From a virus: a stretch of 64,000 nt of DNA. The notes under the pieces are model-generated. The model was not told the origin of the DNA. It saw only the letters and a list, made by a program, of their open reading frames with translations, and made no database searches. Below are positions 56,537-64,000 of the stretch, piece by piece; position 1 is the stretch's first letter; each line of letters starts with the position of its first letter. The position numbers and the translations under genes are program-made. Location of the stretch: positions 3,426-67,425 of IMG/VR virus record IMGVR_UViG_3300036790_000198, one strand, 5' to 3'.

Positions 56537-56643
56537 CCCGCCCCCGCAGCGCCGTCCTCTACTACCTCCTAGTCGGCCTCGGCATCTTCGTGCTCTGCGC
56601 CCTTGCGGATTTGGCCGTTGAGTTCCTGCGAAGGGTGCTGTGA
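56533..56643 (+). CDS. Small single-TM peptide
   Basis: MTRPRSAVLYYLLVGLGIFVLCAL... Confidence 0.6.
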   Translation: MTRPRSAVLYYLLVGLGIFVLCALADLAVEFLRRVL

Positions 56644-56822
56644 CCACCTTCGACGTTGAGGTGCGTGCTGGCGGCCGTGAAGATCGCAGCCGAGGGGAAA
56701 TTGTGAACGACAGCACTTACCGGCCCGAAGCCGCTGCCGCCTACACCGTCGCCGCTCTCCTTATCGTCATGGTTGTGTGCGCGGTGATGGCCGTGCTTAC
56801 CGCCATCGGAGTGATTCGATGA
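56640..56822 (+). CDS. Small membrane protein
   Basis: C-terminal TM; overlaps neighbours. Confidence 0.55.
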   Translation: MTTFDVEVRAGGREDRSRGEIVNDSTYRPEAAAAYTVAALLIVMVVCAVMAVLTAIGVIR

Positions 56823-57205
56823 ACACTCAGTCCGCCGCATATCAGGTTCTCGTATCGAGCATCTGTGACCAGCAGCCACCGTACGGCTGGATGTCGGCAC
56901 TTGAACTGCCGCGCCTTTCCGCCAGTGATGTTGCGCTCATCTGCGAGGAGTGTCCGCAAGAAGTCACCGAGGGGGTGTGCGAGGAGTTCTCAGTCACGCC
57001 CTTAGTCGCGTCCATCAAGACCGGGGATGTCTGTCACGTGGGCCTCAAGGTCGCCGTCGCCATCTCCGAGTCTGCCCGCGATGTTATTTGGCAGGACGTA
57101 CAGAAAGAGTGCGACCGGCGCGAGCAGTACGCGGCGGATGACTGGGCCGAGTGCCATCCGGAAAGTCCCGAGAGTCTTCACGGGGTTGGGGGGTTATTCA
57201 AGTGA
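56819..57205 (+). CDS. Hypothetical protein
   Basis: GGAG RBS, ATGA overlap. Confidence 0.6.
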   Translation: MNTQSAAYQVLVSSICDQQPPYGWMSALELPRLSASDVALICEECPQEVTEGVCEEFSVTPLVASIKTGDVCHVGLKVAVAISESARDVIWQDVQKECDRREQYAADDWAECHPESPESLHGVGGLFK

Positions 57206-57390
57206 TCGACTTAAAGCGTCTGGAGCGCGCCACGAAAAGCGCCGTGTATCAAGCCTACGCGGGCATGGCTGGAGCGGCCCTCGCTGGCGCACTCTTAGCC
57301 CCTCGGGAAAAGCAGGCGGAGGCGATGCTGCGGGCGATAGAGCTACACAACAAGATGGCTGACGTGTTGCTTGAGGAGGCGCAGAAGTGA
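57202..57390 (+). CDS. Hypothetical protein
   Basis: GTGA overlaps at both ends. Confidence 0.55.
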   Translation: MIDLKRLERATKSAVYQAYAGMAGAALAGALLAPREKQAEAMLRAIELHNKMADVLLEEAQK

Positions 57391-57575
57391 CGCACCTTGC
57401 CGCCATCCGCATGCGCGATGCTGTCGCTCCCGAGTCTCGCTTCGATAGCGAGACGGTTGGCAACATGGCGTTCATCGACCGCCGCTGGCTTTTGGCCGAA
57501 CTTGACCGCGTGTCAGCCGAACTCGCCGCTGCGAACGTGGCGCCGAAAGCTGAATATTTCGGAGGTGAGCCGTAA
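57387..57575 (+). CDS. Hypothetical protein; stop codon supplied by IS end
   Basis: GGAGG RBS; DRRWLLAELDR motif. Confidence 0.6.
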   Translation: MTHLAAIRMRDAVAPESRFDSETVGNMAFIDRRWLLAELDRVSAELAAANVAPKAEYFGGEP

Positions 57576-58705
57576 TGCTTCTCCGCCCTAAAGGACGGAG
57601 CTTTCCGTCAACCGGAGGCCGGCATTCCGGCCCGAGACGAGGATGTTGATAGCTGAGTTGATGTCACGATCATGCTGAACACCGCACTCAATACAACTCC
57701 ACTCTCTTACTCCAAGGTGTGCGATACCTTTAGGGCCGCTGACTGCGCCGCAGCCAGAACACACCTGGGTCGTGAATCGCTCGTCAGCCTCAATGTATTC
57801 GGCCCCGTGCCTCATGGCTTTATAGCGGAGCTGGGATCGAAACTGCGACCAGGAAGCATCGAGAACGGACTTCGCCATCCTGGTCCTGGCGAGTCCCGCT
57901 GCGTTGACATTCCCGACGATGATGCGCCGGTTTTCGCGCGCGAGCCGCGCGGACTGCTCGTGCAGGAAATGTTTTCTGGCGTTGGCGATCTTGGCGTGAA
58001 TGGCGCGGGCGCGAGCCCTTCGGCCAGCACGCTGAGCCGTGGCGAGCTTCGCGGCATGCTTTGCCAAGTGTCGAGGATTCTCAATCTTCTCGCCCGTCGA
58101 GAGCGCGGCGAGCGTCTTGAGGCCCAGGTCAATCCCAACCTCGCCAGTGCCGCAGACTTGATCCTCGGCGACCTCGACGGCGAGATTCAAATACCAGCGG
58201 CCACGGGCATCCTGGGCAAAAGCACCGCTCTTGATCTGCCCGTCAATCGGGCGATGCAGCCAAAGTCTGTATCGTCGTTTGAGAAAGACAACGGCGTCGC
58301 CTTCCATTCGGATTGCGCGCGCAGCCTGGAATGGAATCCAACCGAGAGACTTCCGTCCGCGCCAGCGCGGCCGACGTTTGTGCGCATCGCGGGAAATGGC
58401 GAACTGCTTGCAAATCGCCGTTATCGTATCGGAATGCAGCCCCAGGTCCTTGGATGTTCCCTTGGTCAAGGCATCAAAGTCATAGCCGCCCGGCCATCGC
58501 TTCCCCCATTTGCGGGCAGCCTCTTGCGTCTCGCCGCAGAAGTTCCAGACGAAGTTGCAGGCTCGCGCCATCGCTTCGAGCGCGTTGAGAACGCCTCCGG
58601 TTTCTTTGATCCGATAACGATAGGTCAAAATCACATGCAAATCATAACACAGGAGCGGCGCTTCCTTCCCGGCATTCATGCCGGGACTTCCGCGCCGAAT
58701 ATCAG
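57572..58705 (-). mobile_element. tnpB-only IS200/IS605-family element (IS1341-like)
   Basis: LE hairpin 58667-58686 with GAAG guide and TCAC target; RE hairpin 57581-57600 with AAAG guide and TTAC end; no tnpA. Confidence 0.88.
57588..58634 (-). CDS. tnpB: RNA-guided endonuclease TnpB
   Basis: TYRYRI, CNFVWN, GIDLG, CSGCG/CIECG Zn finger, HDRDINSAINI; GTG start after TGTG-TATGAT. Confidence 0.93.
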   Translation of the reverse strand: MILTYRYRIKETGGVLNALEAMARACNFVWNFCGETQEAARKWGKRWPGGYDFDALTKGTSKDLGLHSDTITAICKQFAISRDAHKRRPRWRGRKSLGWIPFQAARAIRMEGDAVVFLKRRYRLWLHRPIDGQIKSGAFAQDARGRWYLNLAVEVAEDQVCGTGEVGIDLGLKTLAALSTGEKIENPRHLAKHAAKLATAQRAGRRARARAIHAKIANARKHFLHEQSARLARENRRIIVGNVNAAGLARTRMAKSVLDASWSQFRSQLRYKAMRHGAEYIEADERFTTQVCSGCGAVSGPKGIAHLGVREWSCIECGVQHDRDINSAINILVSGRNAGLRLTESSVL

Positions 58706-58954
58706 GTGATTCCGGGTACCTGGTCGCACGCCGCTCTCGTCACTTTACTCCTCGCCATCGCCGCAGGCTTGCTCACTTTGCGGCCGAAGAAGCGCGGGGC
58801 GAGCCGAGTGAAGCGCGTGCATCACATCGTCGATTACAGCGCCGCGCGGTCCAAGGCGATAGCGTGGCTTGGGGATGATTACCTGTTAGCTCGGCCGATC
58901 AACCGGCTATATCAGTCTGAACTGCCGGCGATGCTCAAACGACAAGCGGATTAG
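58706..58954 (+). CDS. Small membrane-anchored protein
   Basis: N-terminal TM; KAIAWLG..YLLA.P motif. Confidence 0.6.
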   Translation: MIPGTWSHAALVTLLLAIAAGLLTLRPKKRGASRVKRVHHIVDYSAARSKAIAWLGDDYLLARPINRLYQSELPAMLKRQAD

Positions 58955-58964
58955 GGGAAACAGA

Positions 58965-59741
58965 ATGAACGCAATAGTCCATGCCGAGCCTGTCGCGAAT
59001 GCGCCGGCCGATTCCCGCGCTTTGATGACACTCATCGAACGCGCCGCGACCAGTCCAGACTTCGACATGGACAAGTTGCAGAAGCTTCTCGATCTGAAAG
59101 AGAGATGGGACGCGAACGAGGCGCGCAAGGCTTACACCTCCGCCATGGCCGCTTTCAAAGCGAACGCGCCGGAGATCGTGAAGGACAAGCACGTCAAATT
59201 CCAGACCTCCAAGGGAGTCACGGAATACGATCACGAGACCCTTGGAAATGTCTGCAAGGAAGTTATCAAGGGCCTGGCTCAACACGGCATCAGTCACCGA
59301 TGGGAACTCGCGCAAAACGATGCGCGCGTCAAGGTGACGTGTATCCTCACTCATGCTCAAGGCCATAGTGAGAGCACGAGTCTTCATTCTGCACCGGATG
59401 ACTCTGGCGGCAAGAATTCCATTCAGGCCATTGGGTCGGTCGTAAAGTACCTCGAAAGATATACGCTCCTCGCCGCGACCGGACTCGCGCCGATGGATGC
59501 GGAGGATGATGACGGACGAGACTCCGGTCCGAAGGCCGAAACCATCACGGAGAAGCAAACAGCGGACCTCAAGGCGCTCATCACCGAAGGCGGCGGCGAC
59601 ATGGCGAAGGCGCTTCGATTCCTCCGCATCAATTCCCTCGCGGAGATTCCGGCCAAGAACTTCGAGCCGGTGGTCGCGCAGATCAAATCCGTGAACGCTG
59701 CGAGAGATCGCGAGGATCGCGCGCGAAGGGGAGCGAAATGA
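58965..59741 (+). CDS. erf: ERF-family ssDNA annealing protein
   Basis: HGISH, VTCILTH..GHSES, Q..GS...Y..RYTL.A..GL...DDDG. Confidence 0.88.
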   Translation: MNAIVHAEPVANAPADSRALMTLIERAATSPDFDMDKLQKLLDLKERWDANEARKAYTSAMAAFKANAPEIVKDKHVKFQTSKGVTEYDHETLGNVCKEVIKGLAQHGISHRWELAQNDARVKVTCILTHAQGHSESTSLHSAPDDSGGKNSIQAIGSVVKYLERYTLLAATGLAPMDAEDDDGRDSGPKAETITEKQTADLKALITEGGGDMAKALRFLRINSLAEIPAKNFEPVVAQIKSVNAARDREDRARRGAK

Positions 59742-60415
59742 CAATGACGGCGGCGGCCGTGACGGCCAGATACGCCTCGCGTATCGGCGAGCGCCATGGT
59801 GATCTTGTCCTACTGTCTATCTCCGATAAGCGTGGGGACGGCAATAGATTCTACGGCGTCTTCCGATGCTCCTGCGGAAACGAAGTTAATTTTGATCTCG
59901 GGCGCACTCTTCGCGGCTCAAAAAGAACTCATTGCGGATGTCAGACGGATCACGGCAAAGGTAGCCGAACGCATGGGATGCGAAGATCTACCGAGTATTC
60001 ATCTTGGCAGGCAATGAAGAGGCGCTGCCTAGATCAGAATGATAAGGACTATCCACGATACGGCGGCTCCGGAGTGACGGTTGACGCTGCGTGGGCCGAG
60101 TCTTTTGAGTTGTTCTATGCCCATATTGGCGCTCGTCCGCGCGGGACCACTCTGGATCGCAAAGACAATTCAAAAGGATACGAGGCGGGTAACGTTCGCT
60201 GGGCAACCGCAAGAGAGCAGCAATCAAATCGTCGTGATAGTTGGTTTGTCCAGATTGGAGATAAGATATTCCAATCCCAAGAAGAAGCCGCCGCAGCTTA
60301 TGGAATATCGGCAACGACAATTATTCGCTGGTGTGAGGGATATACCGATAGCCGCCGCATCAATTCCGGTTTTCGTCCTCCGCGAGATAACTGCCGCAGA
60401 TGGAGGAAATATTAA
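59738..60415 (+). CDS. Free-standing HNH-type homing endonuclease
   Basis: C.CGN, CGC, HG....Y.SW.AMK.RC, YGG.G, TLDR.DN..GY...NVRWAT. Confidence 0.85.
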   Translation: MTMTAAAVTARYASRIGERHGDLVLLSISDKRGDGNRFYGVFRCSCGNEVNFDLGRTLRGSKRTHCGCQTDHGKGSRTHGMRRSTEYSSWQAMKRRCLDQNDKDYPRYGGSGVTVDAAWAESFELFYAHIGARPRGTTLDRKDNSKGYEAGNVRWATAREQQSNRRDSWFVQIGDKIFQSQEEAAAAYGISATTIIRWCEGYTDSRRINSGFRPPRDNCRRWRKY

Positions 60416-61047
60416 TGACCGTGACAATTACAGACTGCGATCAAGGATCAGATGCGTGGTTTTCGGCCAGACTAGGCGTGCCCACGGCGTCGGAGTTTCA
60501 GACTCTCATCGCCAAGGGGCGTAGTGGCGGCGAGTCAGTCGGACGACGCAAGTACCTTCTCTCCAAGGCCGGGGAGATCCTAACTGGCGAGTCGGCCGAA
60601 CAATATGGATATTCAAACGGGCACATGGAACGCGGGAAAATCATGGAGGATGAAGCGCGCAATTGGTATGACTTCGCTACCGACATGACGCATCCGCCAC
60701 CGGTGCGCGTCGGGTTCATTCGCAACGACGAACTGCGCTGTGGGTGCAGTCCCGACGCCATTATTGGCGATGATGGTTTATTGGAGGTGAAAACGAAACT
60801 GCCGCACCTTCAGCTCGAAGTATTGGAAGCTGGCGTGCTGCCTTCTGAGCATAAGGCGCAGTGTCAGGGAGCACTTTTGGTAACAGGCCGACAGTGGATC
60901 AGCTTCGTGAGTTATTGGCCGCGTCTGCCCCCGTTTCATCTCGTCGTAAAGCGTGATGAGGCCTACATTGCCGTTCTCAAGATCGCGATTCAAGACTTCA
61001 ACTCTGAACTAGATTTCCTCGTCAGCAAGTACAAGGCGGCAGCATGA
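60415..61047 (+). CDS. Lambda-exonuclease (YqaJ) family protein
   Basis: QGS..W...R.G..TAS, G...E..AR, SPD, LEVK, Q.QG.L. Confidence 0.9.
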   Translation: MTVTITDCDQGSDAWFSARLGVPTASEFQTLIAKGRSGGESVGRRKYLLSKAGEILTGESAEQYGYSNGHMERGKIMEDEARNWYDFATDMTHPPPVRVGFIRNDELRCGCSPDAIIGDDGLLEVKTKLPHLQLEVLEAGVLPSEHKAQCQGALLVTGRQWISFVSYWPRLPPFHLVVKRDEAYIAVLKIAIQDFNSELDFLVSKYKAAA

Positions 61048-62180
61048 GCACAGAACTTCAGCAAGTCACCCAGGCCGTTGCCGAGTTTGATCGCGTCGCC
61101 GCAGGACTTGCGGCACTTCAGGAGCAGTACGGCGGCATCGTCTACGACGTCACGAGCGCTCCCGGCATGAAGGAGGCGAAGGAAGCGCGCGCTGCGATCC
61201 GAGAACCACGCTACGAAGTGGAACGGATACGCAAGGCTGCGAAGGCGCCGATCTTGGCTCTCGGCAAGAAGCTGGATTCCGAGGCCGCGCGGATCACCAC
61301 AGCATTGCTCAAGATCGAGGCCCCGATTGATACCGTCATTTCCGCAGAGGAAGCGCGCAAGGAGTCGGAGAAAGCCGCTCGAATTGCCGCCGAGTTGAAG
61401 CGCGCCCAGGACTTGCAAGAGAGAGTCGCGGAACTCCGCGGCAATCAGATGCTGAGCCCGACTTCCGGCTCCATCCTCATTTCCGATCACATCCAGGATT
61501 TGGAAGAGATCACGGTCGACGACTCTTTTCAGGAACTCCGCCAACAGGCCGAAGATGCGAAGGCGGCAGGGCTGAAACGCTTGGGCGACCTCCATGCAGC
61601 CGCCCTCGCCCACGAGGCCGAGCAGGCGCGTATCAAAGCCGAGCGCGAGGAACTCGCCCGGCTTCGCGCTGAGCAGATTACGCGCGAGGCAGAAGATCGC
61701 GCCCGACGAGAGGCAGAGGAAAGAATCGCCAGGGCAGCTCGGGACGAGGCCGACCGTAAGGCCCGTCTCGAGCGGGAGGCCGAAGCTCAAAGACAAGCCG
61801 AGGCCCTCCGTCTGGAACGGGCTGAGGCGGAACGTCAGGAGGCTATACGCCGGGAAGCGCGAGAGATCGAGGAAAGGTCAGCCCGAGAAGAGCGGCAGCG
61901 CCAAGAGGCTCTCCTTGCGGCACAGCGGGAGGAGTTGGCGCGACAGGAGCAGGAAGCGGCCGGCCGGCTCGCCGACGAGCGCGCCCAATTCGAGCGCGAG
62001 CAGGAGACGCTGAGGCGGGTTCAGCCACCGAAATCAGCCCCCAAACTCGCATTCTCCGTCCCGCCGCCCGCTGAAATGATCCGGGTATTGGCGGGGCACT
62101 ATCGAGCCCATCCCGATACCGTTCTCGATTGGCTCCAAGCAATCAACTGGCAAGAGCAGAAGTTCTCGGAGGTCGCGTGA
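61044..62180 (+). CDS. Long coiled-coil protein of the recombination module
   Basis: E/R/A-rich heptads. Confidence 0.7.
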   Translation: MSTELQQVTQAVAEFDRVAAGLAALQEQYGGIVYDVTSAPGMKEAKEARAAIREPRYEVERIRKAAKAPILALGKKLDSEAARITTALLKIEAPIDTVISAEEARKESEKAARIAAELKRAQDLQERVAELRGNQMLSPTSGSILISDHIQDLEEITVDDSFQELRQQAEDAKAAGLKRLGDLHAAALAHEAEQARIKAEREELARLRAEQITREAEDRARREAEERIARAARDEADRKARLEREAEAQRQAEALRLERAEAERQEAIRREAREIEERSAREERQRQEALLAAQREELARQEQEAAGRLADERAQFEREQETLRRVQPPKSAPKLAFSVPPPAEMIRVLAGHYRAHPDTVLDWLQAINWQEQKFSEVA

Positions 62181-62449
62181 GTCAACAATACGATAACCGG
62201 AGCAGGGGCGTCCTGTTCAAAAACGACCGCAAGGAAGGCGAGAAAGATCCGGACTACAAAGGCAACCTGACACTTCAGGACGGCACCGAATGCTGGCTGG
62301 ACGCATGGCTGCAGAAGTCGAAGAAGGACGGCAAGACGTTCATGTCGTTGCGCTACAAGCCGAAGATGGCGCGGGAACAAGGCGCGCCGCAGAATCCGCC
62401 GGCGCAGAAGGCCGCTCCGGAAGAATTCGACGACAGAATTCCCTTCTAG
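62177..62449 (+). CDS. SSB-like OB-fold protein
   Basis: GVLFKND.K....PDYKG, AW, acidic tail FDDRIPF. Confidence 0.75.
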   Translation: MSQQYDNRSRGVLFKNDRKEGEKDPDYKGNLTLQDGTECWLDAWLQKSKKDGKTFMSLRYKPKMAREQGAPQNPPAQKAAPEEFDDRIPF

Positions 62450-62451
62450 CC

Positions 62452-62892
62452 GTGGCGCGTCTCTACCTCAAAAAGACTCTTTCCGGCTTCCTGCCTGCAG
62501 ATGAACCGAGCGCGGAAGTCTGTAAGAAATTCCAGGTTGGAGAGGTTTATAGGGGCGATGTAGTCAAGCCGCGCTCGTACCAGCATCACAAGCTCATCAT
62601 GGCGTTGCTCAACCTAACCTACGAGAATCAAGAGCGGTATACGAGCTTTGAAGTATTCCGCAAGGCCGTTTCTTTTGCGGCCGGCCATGTCATTGAGTAC
62701 CCATCCCTGGATGGCGAGATCATCCGCGAGGCCGATAGCCTAAGTTACGACCGACTCGATGAAATTGAATTCACGCAAGTCGCTGGCGCCATGATGACAG
62801 TGTGCGCGCATATCCTCGGCGATATGGACTTGCAAGAGTTGGAAGGTGAAGTGTCTCGGTATGCGAACGAGCACTACGGAATGGCGGCATGA
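62452..62892 (+). CDS. DUF1367-like protein
   Basis: PR.Y.HHK...ALL, SLSY..LDE.EF. Confidence 0.7.
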   Translation: MARLYLKKTLSGFLPADEPSAEVCKKFQVGEVYRGDVVKPRSYQHHKLIMALLNLTYENQERYTSFEVFRKAVSFAAGHVIEYPSLDGEIIREADSLSYDRLDEIEFTQVAGAMMTVCAHILGDMDLQELEGEVSRYANEHYGMAA

Positions 62893-63188
62893 CCGACTTT
62901 CGCAAACTCGCTCGCGGGATGCCCTGTCAGGTGAGACTTCCCGGTGTATGTAATGGCAATCCGGAAACGACCGTGCTCGCGCACTATCGAATGATCCACC
63001 TGTCAGGGCTCGGCATGAAATCTCCCGACTGGTGCGCCGCGTGGTCCTGTAGCGCCTGTCATGACGCAATCGATCGACGGCGGTTCGCCAAAGAATTCAG
63101 CCGCGAGTACGTACAGCTTGCCCACCTGCAGGGCGTCTTGAGAACCCAAGCCGAATTGATGGCACTTGGAAAGGTAATATTCGCATGA
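62889..63188 (+). CDS. DUF1364 (YbcO-like) Zn nuclease-fold protein
   Basis: ARG..CQVRLPGVCN.NPETTVLAH, CSACHD.ID. Confidence 0.85.
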   Translation: MTDFRKLARGMPCQVRLPGVCNGNPETTVLAHYRMIHLSGLGMKSPDWCAAWSCSACHDAIDRRRFAKEFSREYVQLAHLQGVLRTQAELMALGKVIFA

Positions 63189-63324
63189 GACCCCTTAGCC
63201 GAAGATCCCGAGACAGGCGCCTTTGGGTCGCCTCAGTCCTTGACGCCTGGTCGAAATCGATCAAGAGACGGGTTGCGGCGCGCACGCCCAGACGCGGGCC
63301 GAGGAAGGCGAAGGAGCCGGCGAC

Positions 63325-63738
63325 GTGAGAGTCCTCCACGTCTGGTCCCGCCTGCACTGCCACTGGGTCCGCTGGCGCGGCACCTATGCCGCCTGGAAGC
63401 TGCTGCCGCACGCTCTCGTGATCGGCTGCACGTTCGCGCTGACGATGACGGTGATTCATGTTCACACCACGCCACCCGCGATCCCCACGCCCACTGGCGA
63501 TGTGCCGCAAACTGACGTGCCGACATCCGTCTACACCGCCGGCATTCCGCAAGGTGATACGCCTGAGTGGGTATGGGCCGACTACCCGAGCGACTACCTG
63601 GGGGCTGGTTATCGACATCACCGATGTCACAAGCATTGCAAGGGCGTGAAGTACACCGTACCCGAGCCCGCCACCTGGGCGCTGATGCTCGCGGGGGTGG
63701 GGATGGTCGGATGGAGGAGGCGTCGTGAGTTCTACTGA
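63325..63738 (+). CDS. PEP-CTERM (PEPxxWA-type) sorting-signal protein
   Basis: C-terminal VPEPATWALMLAGVGMVGWRRRR; Pro/Thr-rich linker; N-terminal hydrophobic segment. Confidence 0.85.
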   Translation: MRVLHVWSRLHCHWVRWRGTYAAWKLLPHALVIGCTFALTMTVIHVHTTPPAIPTPTGDVPQTDVPTSVYTAGIPQGDTPEWVWADYPSDYLGAGYRHHRCHKHCKGVKYTVPEPATWALMLAGVGMVGWRRRREFY

Positions 63739-63887
63739 ACGGCTGCTCGATCGGCCACACTTGGATGATGACGAGATGGAAGACTGCATAGAGCGGTTAG
63801 CCAAGATTATGCGGGACTACGGCACTTTGGGGATTGAATTGGCTATGAAGGAAATGGATCGCAGAGTCCGAGAGGAAGGGGAAGAGT

Positions 63888-64000
63888 ATGTCTTCTGACT
63901 CTCCGTCTGAAGAGCAGATGCTCTTGCCTGCGGTTCTGGATGCCTGCTGCGGACCCCGCATGATGTGGTTCGACCGGTCGGACCGGCGTGCCCTCTTTAT
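63888..64000 (+). CDS. SAM-dependent methyltransferase, N-terminal part (3' truncated)
   Basis: VLDACCGPRMMWFD motif I. Confidence 0.75.
   Translation, partial: MSSDSPSEEQMLLPAVLDACCGPRMMWFDRSDRRALF

Noticed and set aside
57672-58709. 345-aa plus-strand ORF
   Set aside because: Antisense to tnpB with no recognisable motifs; a common shadow frame
1-64000. Stop-codon reassignment
   Set aside because: Core genes are full length and tightly overlapped under the standard bacterial code

Overview
The window is a nearly complete temperate contractile-tailed (myovirus-type) phage genome of a GC-rich Gram-negative host, seen in its excised or circularly permuted form. An attP (3' half of tRNA-Lys(UUU) plus arm repeats, about 271-503) has phage genes on both sides. 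Layout: integrase C-terminus, attP, C5-methyltransferase and an array of small variable genes (+); an O-acyltransferase moron (+); a long minus-strand late operon (terminase, portal, head, sheath/tube, tape measure, baseplate, fibres, lysis, exported proteins); a minus-strand replication operon (Cro-like, helicase, Toprim primase, Q-like); a lambdoid switch with four GGAA-N5-TTCC operators; and a plus-strand recombination operon (ERF, HNH, exonuclease, SSB-like) interrupted by a tnpB-only IS200/IS605 element. The most unusual signal is an apparent phage-encoded cell-envelope or export programme: three consecutive fibre/adhesin-like proteins with signal peptides, whose domains recur without signal peptides in a second adhesin cassette inside the tail module, plus a phage-encoded PEP-CTERM exosortase substrate, an O-acyltransferase and several Cys hydrolases. 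Other notable items: a small domain shared between a portal-adjacent gene and a fibre C-terminus, a probable dead second terminase nuclease domain, a repeated cassette-junction motif in the variable region, and a TnpB with a Fanzor-type rearranged active site inserted seamlessly into a GTGA gene overlap. All family assignments come from motif recognition and synteny, not from database searches.
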